Shown here: positions 24,600-38,240 of the stretch, piece by piece
How positions within the stretch are numbered: the stretch's first letter is position 1
How the letters are laid out: each line of letters begins with the position of its first letter
From: Lingula anatina
Taxonomy: Eukaryota; Animalia; Brachiopoda
NCBI GenBank assembly: GCA_051362555.1
Contig: CM120649.1
Span: 5,828,001-5,892,000, forward strand
Direction: 5' to 3'
DNA length: 64,000 bases
Translations under genes and position numbers: made by a program
Notes under the pieces: model-generated
The model's input: only the letters and a program-made list of their open reading frames with translations
The model's database searches: none
Told to the model about the DNA's origin: nothing

Positions 24600-27254
24600 C
24601 ATCTTAAGAAAAGCACATAACAATAATGCACAAAATAGGAGACTACCAATTCTGATGCAATAATACATTATGTTTCACTGCACAGTCAACATCAAATTTT
24701 AATTATGCACAACAGGTAACACCAACGAAAGTAAAAGCATAAGGCTTCAGGCCCATCAGAGTTCAAGTTTATACTTTGAAAGTGCCAGAATGAGAAAAAT
24801 GAAAATTTCACACAAAATTGCATGAATTCAATGATAAAAGATAACCCAATTGAGCTGGCTTTCTAATTTGAACTGCATGCCAATCCTAAAAATCATACTT
24901 GTAAGTTAAAAATAATAATAAGTAACACAGTTTTCTTTTCATAATGTTTCCAGTAGCAGTGCAAAAAGATTTTTGTGAATTTTGATGTAACATTACATAA
25001 TAAATTATATAATAATTATCATCAATTTTTGATTATTGACTTTAAATAGCATGGGCATTTAGAAAATTTGATTACTATTCGGCTTCATGTCCATGGGAGC
25101 TCCGAGTCCCACAATGAATATGCCAACACGATAATAATGAATTTTTCACTAAAATGTATAACTTCCAGAAAAAGAAGCCAATTAGACTGCTTTTCCAACT
25201 CAGGCTGCATTTTAGTCCTGTGTTTCTTTTTTGAAAGTTTGACAGTCATAAGTAACACGGTTTTCCCATAATGGTCATCATGGCAGCAGCACCAAAAATT
25301 GTGTTTTCTTCTGTTTTGATGCAACATTACATAATGCTTAACAGCATAATGACCATCAATTTTTAATAATAATATATACGTATCATGGATTTTCAGAAAA
25401 TGTGACTAGCATGGGTCTTCAAGCCCGTGGAGGTTCTAAGTCACACCTTGAAAATGCCAATATGTGAAAAATGAAATTTTCACAAAAAACTGTTTAACTG
25501 CCAGAAAAATTTACCAAACAGACTACATTTCCTACTGAAGCTGTATTTTAGTCCCATGTTTCTTTCCTGTAAGTTTGAGAACAGTAAGTGACATGATTTT
25601 CCTTAAGTGCTCATCATGGGAGCAGTGCCCAAAATAGGGGTTTCTTCAAATTTTAATGTAAAATTACATAATGTTAAACAGCATAATGACCATCAATTTT
25701 TAATAATAGAATATTAGTAACATGGACATTCAGAAAATGTTACAAGCAAAGGTCTTCAGGATCATAGAACTTCAAAGTCACACCTTGAAAATGCCAATAT
25801 GTGAAAAATTAAATTTTCACTAAAAACTGTTTAACTGCCAGAAAAAATTACCAAACAGACTGCATTGCCTACTGAAGCTGTATTTTAGTCCCATGTTTCT
25901 TTCCTGTAAGTTTGAGAACAGTAAGTGACATGATTTTCCTTAAATGGTCATCATGGGAGCAGTGCCTAAAATAGGGGTTTCTTCAAATTTTGATGCAATA
26001 TTACATAATGTTTAACAGCATAATGACCATCAATTTTTAATAATAAAATATTAGTATCATGGATATTCAGAAAATGTGACTAGCAAAGGTCTTCAGGCCC
26101 ATGGAACTTCAAAGTCACATCTTGAAAATGCCAAAATGTAAACAAGACAGCACTTTTCTGAAATGGGTTTATTTCCATTTTTAACACTTTTTTAACATAA
26201 AACAAAATTAACAGTTTACTGCCATTTTTATATGACCAACTAAGAAAATTGATGAGATGGGAAAAATATCAATAGAACAGTATTAAATTTCCAATTTCCT
26301 CCATTCTGAGATTCTGAACATAGTGGATGATTGAATCTGACAAACTGCAATGATATGTGTTTATTTCCATTTTTGACACTTCATTACACAATACAAGATA
26401 ACAAGTTTACCATCATTTTTACATAATCAACTAACAATGTTGTAAAGATGCAGGAAATGTCAAAAAAACACTTTTACATATCTTATTAGTTCAATAATGA
26501 AACTATTAACATGCCTAAGAATTGAATCAGAGAAAATGTGAAAAAAAAAGCATAACTTCCCTAAAAATGACCCAATCATGCTGATTTTCGAACTTGACCT
26601 GCGTATTATAAATATTCATCAGTTCTGTAAGTTTCAAACCAAAAGGTAAAATGGTTTTCCACTTATCGTGTTTACGGTGTTGCATATATGCTGAAAAAAG
26701 TGAAAAAAAAAGGCAAAACTTCCCTAAAAATGACACGATCATGCTGACTTTCGAACTTGACCTGCGTATTATAAATATTCATCAGTTCTGTAAGTTTCAA
26801 ACCAAAAGGTAAAACGGTTTTCCACTTATCGTGTTTACGGTGTTGCATATATGCAAAAAAGTGAAAAAAAAGCAAAACTTCCCTAAAAATGACCCGATCA
26901 TGCTGATTTTCAAACTTGACCTGCGTATTATACAAATTCATCAGTTCTGTAAGTTTCAAACCAAAAGGTAAAACGGTTTTCCACTTATCGTGTTTACGCT
27001 GTTGCATATATGCTGAAAAAAGTGAAAAAACAGCATAACTTCCCTAAAAATGGCCCGATCATGCTGATTTTCGAACTTGACCTGAATATTATGAATATTC
27101 ATCAGTTCTGTAAGTTTCAAGTCAAAACTTAAAACGGTTTTCCACTTATCGTGTTTACGGTAAAAGTGCACGCCAACGGCAACGGCAACGGCAACGGCGA
27201 CGACAGACGCAGGTGACGGCTATATGTACAGATACATCTGTGTCTGTACATAAA
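24600..27254 (-). mobile_element. Second copy of the same HINE-type element
   Basis: Same hairpin (27223-27252) and microsatellite, 140-bp array at 26530-27160, ~340-bp array at 24640-26140 with decayed units out to about 23550; 25660-26530 is near-identical to 1-900. Confidence 0.8.
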
Positions 27255-27291
27255 AAGTATATTATATTCCACCCCAAATCCTCACACTTAC

Positions 27292-27786
27292 CAAGCTTGC
27301 ATAGTGCTGCCACTGTGGTAAACATTACAATAACCAACGGCGCTTTCACATGCTGAAAGTTCCACGCAGCCACATGAATTCCTCCGTGCCCCTCCTCGTG
27401 CCAGTTCACTTTAGGATAGTGCGTACTGTCATGCGTGCTGTTCTTGGATTCGTTTCCATGGAACCAAAAGTGCATGTCTTTTTCCGTTCCTGGTTTATTA
27501 TAATGGACAACATCAGGTTGACTTGCATAGCAGGGTACAAGAAGTGACATGATGACTAGCATGAGCAGCAACAGGGGTTGCCTTAGCCTGGTCACTTTAA
27601 AACATCTACGTGTCCATGCCGCCACAGAGACGCAACACCTTACAGTCCATTTTCTAGCCATAGTGCGTTGTTTAAAACATGTTCCTTCAAACATGCCTAT
27701 GTGTGTCTTGTTCTGACCAAGAACCTCCACGGCCATGTGCTGAATGGATATTTTAGTCATAAGACTGAGAGCCTCCTTTGATGCAT
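27292..27786 (-). CDS. SLC9A: Na+/H+ exchanger (NHE2/3-like), first recognisable coding exon: signal-peptide-like segment, extracellular loop, TM1
   Basis: Acceptor TTTTAG at 27787-27792, donor GTAAGT at 27291. Encodes ...LLLLMLVIMSLLVPCYA...IHVAAWNFQHVKAPLVIVMFTTVAALCKLG. Start could be the ATG at 27760 or 27661; the frame is open back to the acceptor. Confidence 0.9.
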
Positions 27787-28783
27787 CTAAAAGAAACAAA
27801 CAAATAAAAAAAAAAAATTATATGTAATTGTTAATTCAGTAGCAGTGATAAATCACAGAGATTAGTTTAACAATGATGTCACCTTATTACAGCTGTTCTA
27901 CTATTGGTAGTTGGACATCTGTCAATGCATTACCAGTAATGACCTACTGTACCTGTCACTGGCTCATTACTTACTGTCACACCAAACAAAGTGTCACATG
28001 TGACAGAATCACGGTCACACCTAACACAATGTCACATCTAAAGGATCACAATCACACCCAACACAATGTCACATCCGTAAGAATCACAATCACACCCAAC
28101 ACAATTTCTCACCTAACAGAATCATGTCACACCTAACACAATGTCACATCTTCCAGAATCCTTGTCACTGCTTACAAGCAGACTTTATCTTTAGGGGATG
28201 GAAGCAATACCCACTGTCCTAGAATTATTTTATTTTCTAAGGCATTTTCATAATAAAAGATTTAAAATTCTACTGAAATTACTGATTTCCAGCTGATAAA
28301 AGTTTTCAAAATCTTCCTGTTGTCTTGTCTGCATTTAACCGATTATTTGTTAACTGTTCCAATAAAAGAAAAACAATTCTAAACAGTGACTGAGTCTCAA
28401 ATTCAAGTCACCACAGTCTGCTTTACACTGAATCCATATTATCCTTATTACAATATGGTTTTTGCTTACACCACAAAGCCTCGTGCATGTCTTCTCTGCA
28501 GAATATATATGTATATATATATCCTCCTGACAGCTCTCTGCTAAACCTGGTATTCTTGCTGATAAAGTAAAAGCAAATACCTGTAGATCTGTGCCTTACT
28601 CTCAAACCCATTATTGTACGTCAAAGACAATAAACTGTTAGCATGGTTTCCAAAGCAACGCGAGCTCCACAGTTGAGTGGAATTCCATGCAAGAGTCATT
28701 CATGGTTACAAGTGTATCAGTGCAAAACAATCATACTTCCTTCTATGATTGAGCTAGAAAGTACTGGAAAATTTCAATATAGC

Positions 28784-28819
<36 letters not shown>

Positions 28820-30156
28820 TGTATGTGAGTGAGAGAGAGAGAGAAAGAGAGAGCACAACCGCATAGGCTTATATACACAATGTATTCCAGCAACAGCTGC
28901 AAGTTGAGGATTCATATATCAAAGCAGTGTTCTTTATTTCTGCTGAAATAAATAAACAAACAAACAAGAAAAAAAATTTGCTAGTACTTTAACAAGCCAA
29001 ACAGCAGAGAGACAGCAATGGCATTTAGGCAATGAAAGCGCAGACTAAGTCAAACATGCAGGGCTGGCAACCTAATCTTCCAATGGATGTAGCAAATTCC
29101 CTAAGTGGATTACGATGAGAAAATAAACCTATTTGGTATGATGATAAGCAGATCTATCTATCTTGTTTAAAAAATTATTTGTTCCATCATGCTGGTAAAG
29201 ACAGTGTCTTTTTTCCTGGGTAGTTTATTAGCAGTGGCATTGTGTAGGTGTGATTTCCTTGTTGTAAAAAAAGTTGTGTTTACAATGGGGGAAATCTGAC
29301 TCTGATTCTGATATGTGTCTGGTTCACCTACAGTTTAAACCATTAGGGTACCATAACTATCACGCATAAGGATGAGGGTTACTGCCATTTCCACACGCTT
29401 TTATCAGATCAATTGCTGTCTTTAAATTTTGTCTTACCACAATCCACCAATGATCCCACAACAGTACTGACATATTTTTATATATTTATAATATCTTCAG
29501 TTTCTTAATTTCATTACCATTTAAAAGACAGTGGATTACCCCCCCCCCCCCCCCCACAATGTATCAACTAACAATCAAACCAACATATCTAACAGGAAGA
29601 GAATGTCTTTTTACCCTCCCTCCATCTTACTGAATCTATTACACACAAACCATGTCCAACAGAGAATGTGTTTTTACAGGATAGCTATAATAAATAAATA
29701 AATAAATAAATAAATAAATTAAAATAAATAAATAAATAAATAAATAAAATCCTAGAGAACAAATAAGGTTATTATAAAATAAAAAATTGATTATTTTGAA
29801 AATACTGGTATCTTTTACCACTTTTGTTTTTCCTTTTTTCATTTTTTCGTTTGTAGTTTTAAATGTCCTTCCCAGATGTCATAAAATACCACGGAATGAC
29901 CAAATAATAGACTTCATGCATGAAAGCCTGGTCTGTGTGCACAAACTAGTAAGGAATTCTTTTCCCTTTGAATGAAATTTAATAGAAATCATGACTAAGT
30001 TATCTTGACTCCAGAAGAGAATGATTGCACATACAGAATGTGTCTTTTATTGGATATATATATCTGACTATATTAATCCATACAAGCAGAAGATTGGGTT
30101 ATAGTTAAATATTCCCTAGTGTACAAGATTGAACCTCTATTCTATGTAGGATCTTA

Positions 30157-30370
30157 CACCCCATTTCCATAGATTAGATCGACCTACTTTAGATCGACAT
30201 AACTCCCTGGGGGTTCACGCTAAATAGCTGACAGCCGAGCGGACACAAAAATTAATTACCCCTTACAGCTTGTAGTAGGCGGGACGGACATTTAAGTTGG
30301 ATTATCTGAAAGTAATCTAGTGAGACTCCCCGCAGGGATAGATCGATCTAAAATCTATGGGAATAGACCC
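30157..30370. mobile_element. MITE family A copy
   Basis: TTA flanks; same internal sequence. Confidence 0.78.
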
Positions 30371-31396
30371 TTACAGACACTTTCCGAGGACTGCATTTCA
30401 CTGCCACAGGTTTAAGTTGACTGGCCACAGGAGAAGCTTGCCTTTAAATATTTAGGATTTATGTCTACTATAATATAGAATACATTCGCAATTTCTCTGC
30501 CTGTTAAGTCAGTTAAATAATACGTTGGATTCCCCTCCTTGCCCCCAACCAATGAGAGAGAGAGAGAGAGAGATCCACTGGTATATGTTTCAAACAGACA
30601 TACAAAGCAACCAAATGACATATACACAGATGGACAGAGAAACAAAACAGATTGAAGGTGGGATAGGTAGAATATGGAATACAGGTGGATACACTGTTAA
30701 AGATTTGAAGATAATTCATATGTACACTAGAAGAAGAAATTACTGTCACCCACTTCACTCACGCACTTACTGTACTAGTATGGGCCCCCCCTTTGGGAAA
30801 AAAATCAGTGTTTCTACTAAAGTATTTGAATCGAGAAAATACAAATTACTCCTTTTAAGAGATATTTTGCCTGCCAACATTATTCATGTCCCAATTTTTA
30901 AACCTCAGCCAACTACTAGTAATTATCTCACAACGCACAGGCTGAAACAAAAATCCCCCTACACTTACTGTAAGGCCCCCATTGGGAAAAAATAACGTCA
31001 AAACTAAGTATTTGAGCCGAGTTGTGTCTTCATAGAAATTACAAATTACTCCTTTTATAAGAGACATTTTGCCTGACAATATTATTCAACAAACTTCCAA
31101 ATTTTTTTTCTCACAATGCCTAGTTATAGAATAACAGCTGATAATGAGGCAAAAAATTATGTGATCAGCTGAAATATTTACAAGTCACCACAAAGCAGGG
31201 AGAGAGAGTATTGTACATCTTCAAGCCATTTATTAAGAATGATCTAAACATTTTATTATCAATTCTGAGTGATACCTTGATTTCCAATCGATGCTACTTC
31301 ACAGCAGCAAAGCCTCTGTATTAGATACAATTCCCGAGAGGTAGAATGGTAGAACTAGCAAGTCAAGGCATGGTGAGAGGGTAATATATACCACAC

Positions 31397-31584
31397 AGAG
31401 CACATTCGGAACAGTGGACTAATAGATCCACAGATGAAATATGTCCGACCCATCTGAATACTTGTCGTGTAATCCCCACAGCGAATCTATTCAATGTCTA
31501 ATCAGGAATTAAACAACGAGGTTTTTAGTGGGTCCCCGTATTTTGATCTGCAGATCTGTTAGCCTGCTTTTCTGAATGTGCTCT
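31397..31584. mobile_element. MITE family B (other copies at about 23209-23383, 41179-41700, 51069-51209, 53352-53534)
   Basis: AGAGCACATTC.GAACAG.GGACTAA ... TTCTGAATGTGCTCT inverted ends. Confidence 0.75.
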
Positions 31585-32894
31585 TAGTGATGAATGTGGT
31601 GGAAAAAGCCCAAATTGCATTAAATATTAACTCCGCATGAAAAAAGAATCCATCACATGTTCAATCAGACATGTTAACTTTTTTTTAATCTATTTATTTC
31701 ATCATCATTCATTAATTTTTCTTTTGGTATCCAAATGCTGAAAATGATCAGATGCCATTCTCTGTCTGTACGAGCTAAGGGTAAACTCCAACCTTGAAAT
31801 TATTTTATTCGTTCAATCATCTGTCAATCCAATCATTATTGAACCCATTTGTGTATTCATTAATTTTTTTTTTTTTTTGCAATTTACATAATTATTAATG
31901 TAACACTGATACCATTTAAAGCTATAATTTGAAAAAAAATGTGGTTCAGATTCAATGACAAAATGTTTTCATTTCAGTGATGGCAAATAATTGTTTCCGA
32001 AGCCACAAAACAAAAGAATCCTTTGAACTATGATTAAAAGTATAGCAATGCCTTGCCTTATACAGGTACTGTAGGTTTAAAAAACATGTTAAGTCTCTTC
32101 AAAAACACTTTATTTTTTTATAACAGTTCAGAACCATGTACAGGTTAAATATCAAATTACTTTTACCACTAATCACAGGTAAAAATGTCACTTGATCTAC
32201 CTGTAAGGGCTGCTGTAAGTTCAGTGCCTATGGTGAGGCTAGTTAAGCCACCTGCACTTCTGCCAGAAGGCACTGCCCATGGTATAAACCTTCTCTAAGG
32301 GCAGCAAAGGTGAGAACACAGGTTTAACACTCCAACGCAGGTGCTCCTTGATATACACCTTGTTAAAAGTGCCACAGGGCCTGTGTTAAGTCAATTACTG
32401 TTGCAATGTTTTTCAAACTATTGGCATTGCCAGTAGTTCCAATCTTGGCTCTCGCTTTGAAGTAAGTACTACTCAGTAATAGCAACAACTACTTACTAGT
32501 ATGTATTTTACCAACTTATCCTACAAATGCACATACACACACAAACATGCTCGAACATCAGCACATACCTATAAGGCGTATGTAAAATTACCAAAGCAAA
32601 GTCAATATCTATGAAAATCAAAATCCAACCACCAGCCATGCAAACCCATTAATAAACAAGCAATTTAGAAGTCAAGAGTTCAGAAGGATATCCTAGTTCA
32701 CTTCTTCCTTGCAGACAATACCTACTCAAATTTATCAAATCCAGAATTTTTTTTTTTTGCACTCTTAGAATTCTTAGAGAAATTCTAAGAAAATTGCTGG
32801 CGGGGAAATTCAATTTGGTGATTGCCTGGTAAATTACCCTGGAGATCTGCATCCCTATATATCATACCAGCATGGTGCAGGCATAGGACAGGTT

Positions 32895-32933
<39 letters not shown>

Positions 32934-33252
32934 CAAGCTGAATTAATGGATTGGGAAGAAATATGTGTTATTACAGGTTTTTTTTTAATGGATTTATTTC
33001 TACAATAATGATATATACAAAATAAATAAATTCAGAGCAGGCGGCACGTCGCCACAGCATTATGTGCTCGCCTGCAGTATTATAATAAATCGTAAATAAA
33101 TAGATTAATTATAATTATATAAAGGTAATGATAATGCGTTATCTTAAATTACAGTAAATAAATGAGTTAATTATGATAATATAGAAGTAATAATAATAAT
33201 TGTGATAACACTATTAGTAGACATATACATATTGGTGAGAGCAACAGGGAAG

Positions 33253-33287
<35 letters not shown>

Positions 33288-33865
33288 CTTGTGCACGCAT
33301 TCTAACCGAGGACACACACCCGCCCGAAACCCACTAACCGAGGACACACCTCCAACCGAGGACGTCCTCGGTTGACATAAGCAGTGGAATGCATAAAGGG
33401 GCCCATTTCAAGTTAGGTGGTGAAATTTGACGCTATTCTGAGCCAGTCCTCGGTTATGCTGTATAGCGCGGGCCAAATTCCCGCCACGAGTGTATCAGAA
33501 ATACTGTCCAACTTTTTGTCTGAAATCGGGCTATACACACGCGTCCTCGGTTGTGCTGTAAAGGGCGGACCAAATCCCGCGTCCTCGGTTGTGCTGTAAA
33601 GGGCAGACTAAACTGAAACTAATGTTATATCTCAGATGTCTATATATTCAGTAAGTTCATATTTTTAAACTAAAGGTCTTTTTTATCAAATTAAGCTCTC
33701 CTAGGCCGTTACGTAACTACATAACTATCATCGCACTGTACATATTACGGCACGCTTCTTTATTAGTACAACTGACTTGGAGTGGTTTAAATAAAGAAGA
33801 ACTGTCTGAATTTGTGGCTCACTCGGTAGATCTTAGGACCGACAATCTTTTGAGGGTGCAAGAAT

Positions 33866-34894
33866 TACTCTGAAGTATCAAATAAACGTACCGGTACGTT
33901 AATTAATTTTCCAAATTTCTTCCCGCCGGTACGCTCCATTTTCACCCAGTACGCTTATTAATTTTTCAAAAATCTTCCACCCGATATGTTTATTAAATAC
34001 ATATTGTACCGGTGGGAAATTACACAAGTACAAGTCACGCTTTTTATTTTCTTAAATTGAAGTATAATGAGAAGAAAATTGAGATCTCAACTCATTACCG
34101 ACTGTTCTACCAACAGCACTGGAAAGTAGGTCAAGCGGAAGTCGCTCTCTGAACACAACAGTACATGCGTCACCTGATTTCAGTTCCTATAAATAGACGT
34201 GCTTTCCCTTCAACAGTGACAACTACTCATGTACATCGATCGAATGATGCAATGTCGCAAGGTGATAGGATCATATTTATAGATAAGGAGGTCATTTCAA
34301 GTGCAGCAAAGAAGTTGTGCCTGTTTTCAAACGTCAATTATTTCATGCCGATTTATGATTTAAACGATGTTAAATCACATTTCTATGTAAGATAAACCCT
34401 TAGGAGTTTACAGATATGCAAAACGAACCTTATATCTGAGAATAAATTTACTATGAATAACGTCTCCGTATGGCTCTCGGAGGCGGCTTAGGTGCGACAT
34501 ATCTGGGTCTTCGGCCCCTGACGATTATGAAATTTAACTCATGGCAAATATATATATATATATATTTTAATAAATTAGATATCCCGTTTTTAAGATAAAT
34601 TATAATACTGAGTGAATTTTACCTGGTGAATTTTTTTTTTTTTTTGACAATGATCAATAGCTAGCTTTTTTCTTTCTCTTCTTCTTCTTTACTTTTATTT
34701 ATTTATTTCTTTTTTTTTTTTTTGGGGGGGGGGGGGGGAGTGGTGCAAAGGTTTTTTCCACCCAGTACTTTTATTAAATTTCGAGATTTTTTACATCCAG
34801 TACTTTTATTCCATCAGTACTTTTATTAAATTTTGAGATTTTTTCCACCCAGTACTTTTATTCCATCAGTTCTTTTATTCAATACTTCAGAGTA
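33866..34894. mobile_element. ~1-kb TA-flanked TIR element (pogo/Tc1-like, non-autonomous)
   Basis: TACTCTGAAGTATYRAATAAA inverted ends; subterminal CAGTACTTTTATT repeats. Confidence 0.75.
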
Positions 34895-34923
34895 AATGAA
34901 AAGGGTAAATGGATCGTCCGTAA

Positions 34924-35135
34924 ACCCCCTTTACACTGGGGCGGCGTCCTTTGTGCGACCAAGAAACTGGCATCACTGTGGTCGTAGAAAGGAGGTACAA
35001 GCATTGCTTTGGTTGAAAAAAATGAATATTTGGTGATTGGCCAGTTGTCAGAAAGTTAAGTATTATAATTTTGTACTCTCAAATGGATCCGTACTACAGG
35101 ACGCAGAAAGGACGCCGTCCAGTGTAAAGGGCCCC
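34924..35135. mobile_element. Harbinger-like MITE
   Basis: CCCTTTACACTGG.CGGCGTCCTTT inverted ends; TAA/TTA flanks. Confidence 0.7.
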
Positions 35136-35599
35136 TTAGCTAACTATGAATTAATCTACCCCTGACAGTTTGAAGAAGGCTATGACATTATGAAACATTT
35201 ATTATTACATAATGGCTCTGCGAACTACAGTCACTTCTTTTCACCTGTAGATCTGACCTGTTTGTTATACACCTGGCTGCTAGAATAAATACTAAATCTA
35301 ACAACTGAAGTGATATTATATTTTGAATGGGCCCCTGTCGGTCCATGTCGCTAACACAGAGCACTCATATTCATAAACACCGCATTTGCAAGAACCGCTT
35401 TGTGAAATAAAAAAAGAAAAAAAAGACGCCCCGACAATTACGCGTCCTGATATATAGGCCTACAGTTCGGATATGCACACGGCAAAAACGATTAAGGGAC
35501 CGTTCCCAGATCCTATCGTACTAACTATGGATCGATCTCTCCCAGAAGGACTGCTATATAAATTGCAATCAACGTAATCAGTGTGATCTGGCCAATTTT

Positions 35600-37379
35600 A
35601 CAAAGTTGCTGTTTTTCCCTTTTCTCAGCATAATATTATATGCGATGCAACATTTTAAAGAGAACCGATAGGTCTATTTTCATGAAACTCACAGAACTGA
35701 TGAATATCAGTTAAACGCAGGTCAAGTTTGAAAATCTTCATAATGGGCTGCTTTTTTTTTCAGAAAATTTGCTGTTGTTTTTGCTTTTTTCAGCATACAT
35801 GCAACACTGTAAACACAGTTCAAGGAGAAGCAATAGGTCTATTGTCATGAAACTCACAGAACTGATGATTATTAGTAAAAGGGTTGTCAAGATCAAAAAT
35901 CGGCATATCCGGGCCATTTTTTGTCAAAAGTTATGCTGTTTTTTTTTTTTCTGCCATTTTCAGCATATAAGTAACACTGTAAGCACATTTCAGGGAGAAC
36001 CGATAAGCCTGTTGTCATTAAACTCACAGGAGTGATCAATGTTACCAATATACAAATCAAGTTTGAAAATAGGATTGATTGGTTGAGTTTTGTGGAAGTT
36101 GTGCCTTGTTTTGATATATATAAGTGGTTTTCCTCAGATTTGATTGTCAGGCATGTTGACAGTTTCGTTATTGAACTAACTAGATATGTAAATATGTTAG
36201 TGTTTGTCTGAAATTTTCTGCATCTTTACAACATTACTAGTTGATTATATAAATATGACGGTAAACATGTTATCATGTACTGTGTAATACAGTGTCTCAA
36301 AATGGAGGAAATGGGGTGATTATTTTCAAAAGTTTTGCATTTTTTTCTCCTTTTTTCAGTGTACATGCAACACTGTAAACACACTTCAAGGAGAACCAAT
36401 AGGCCTGTTTTCATGAAACTCAGAGAACTGATGATTATTAGTAAATTAAAAAGAATGATCAAGATTGAAAATCAGCATGACCAGGCCTTTTTCTTTCAAA
36501 TGTTATGCTGGTTTTTTTTTCAGCATATATGTAACACTGTAAGCACATTTCAAGGAGAACCAATAAGCCTGTTTTCATGAAACTCACAGTACTGATGATT
36601 ATTAGTAAAAGAATGGTCAAGATTGAAAATCAGCATGACCAGGCTCTTTTCTTTCAAATGTTATGCTGTTTTTTTTAAGCATATAAGTAACACTGTAAGC
36701 ACATTTCAGGGAGAACCGATAACTTAAAGCCTGTTTTCATGAAACTCACAGAACTGATTATTATGAGTAAAAGAATGGTCAAGATTGAAAATCAGCATGA
36801 CCAGTCCCTTTTCTTTCAAATTTTATGCTGTTTTTTTTTCAGCATATAAGTAACACTGTAAGCACATTTCAGGGAGAACCGATAGGCCTGTTGTCATTAA
36901 ACTCACAAGAGTGATCAATGTTATCTATATACAAATCAAATTTAAAAATAAGATAGATTGGTTGAGTTCTGAGGGACTTCAGCTTTTATTTGTATATAAG
37001 TGGTTTTCCTCAGATTTGATTGTCAGGCATGTTGACAGTTTCGTTATTGAATTAACTAGATATGTAAATATGTTAGTGTTTCTCTGAAATTGTCTGCATC
37101 TTTACAACATTGCTAGTTGATTATATAAATATGACGGTAAACATGTTATCATGTACTGTGTAATACAGTGTCTCAAAATGGAGGAAATGGGGTGATTATT
37201 TTCAAAAGTTTTGCATTTTTTTCTCCTTTTTTCAGTATACATGCAACACTGTTAACATATTTCAAGGAGAACCAATAAGCCTGTTTTCATGAAACTCACA
37301 GAACTGATGATTATTAGTAAAAGAATGGTCAAGATTGAAAATCAGCAAGACCAGGCCCTTTTCTTTCAAATGTTATGCT

Positions 37380-37410
<31 letters not shown>

Positions 37411-38240
37411 CCAGCATATATGTAACACTGTAAGCACATTTCAGGGAGAACCAATAACTTAAAGCCTGTTTTCATGAAACTCACAGAACTGATGATTATT
37501 AGTAAAAGCATATAAGTAACACTGTAAGCACATTTCAGGGAGAACCGATAGGCCTGTTGTCATTAAACTCACAAGAGTGATCAATGTTATCTATATACAA
37601 ATCAAATTTAAAAATAAGATTGATTGGTTGAGTTTTGAGGGACTTCAGCTTTTATTTGTATATAAGTGGTTTTCCTCATATTTGATTGTCAGGCATGTAA
37701 ACAGTCTCATTATTGAATTTACTAGATATGTAAAATGGGTTGTTTGACAATTTCTGCCTCTTGACAATATTGCTAGTTGATTATATAAAAATGGTGGTAA
37801 ACCTGTTATCTTGTATTGTGTAAAAAAAGTGCCAAAATGGAAATGAACTCGTATCATTGTAGTTTGTCAGATTCAATCATTCACAATGTTCGGAATGGAG
37901 GAAATTGGACATTTAAACTTGTCATATTGATATTTTTGCCATCTCAACAATTTTCTTAGTTGATCATGTGAAATGGCAGTAAACTGTATTATTTTATGTA
38001 AAAAAGTTAAAAATGGAAAGAAACCCATTTCAGTACAGTGCTCTCTTGTATACATTTAGCATTTTCAAAGTATGACTTTGGAGTTCCATGAACCTGAAAA
38101 CCTTTGCTAGTCACATTTTCTGAATATTCATGACACTAATATTTTATTATAAAAAATTGATGATCATTATGCTGTTAAGCATTATATAATATTGCATCAA
38201 ATTGGAAGAAAGCACAATTTTGGGTGCTGCTGGCATGATG
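35600..38240 (+). mobile_element. Related HINE-type array in the opposite orientation, head missing
   Basis: ~140-bp units (TTTCATGAAACTCACAGAACTGATG...) with a higher-order duplication; 37640-38240 is the reverse complement of about 300-900 and 25940-26540. Confidence 0.7.

Noticed and set aside
26527-27171. Repetitive ORFs (HDKWKTVLPF...), also at 35769-37511
   Set aside because: Translations of the 140-bp satellite units.
27155-27291. Arg/Cys-rich C-terminus of the 214-aa ORF (and ORF 1502-1717)
   Set aside because: Read-through past the GTAAGT donor into the HINE hairpin and microsatellite; not protamine-like coding sequence.
30412-31079. 156-aa ORF and neighbours
   Set aside because: Built from an (AG)n microsatellite and a local duplication; no motif.
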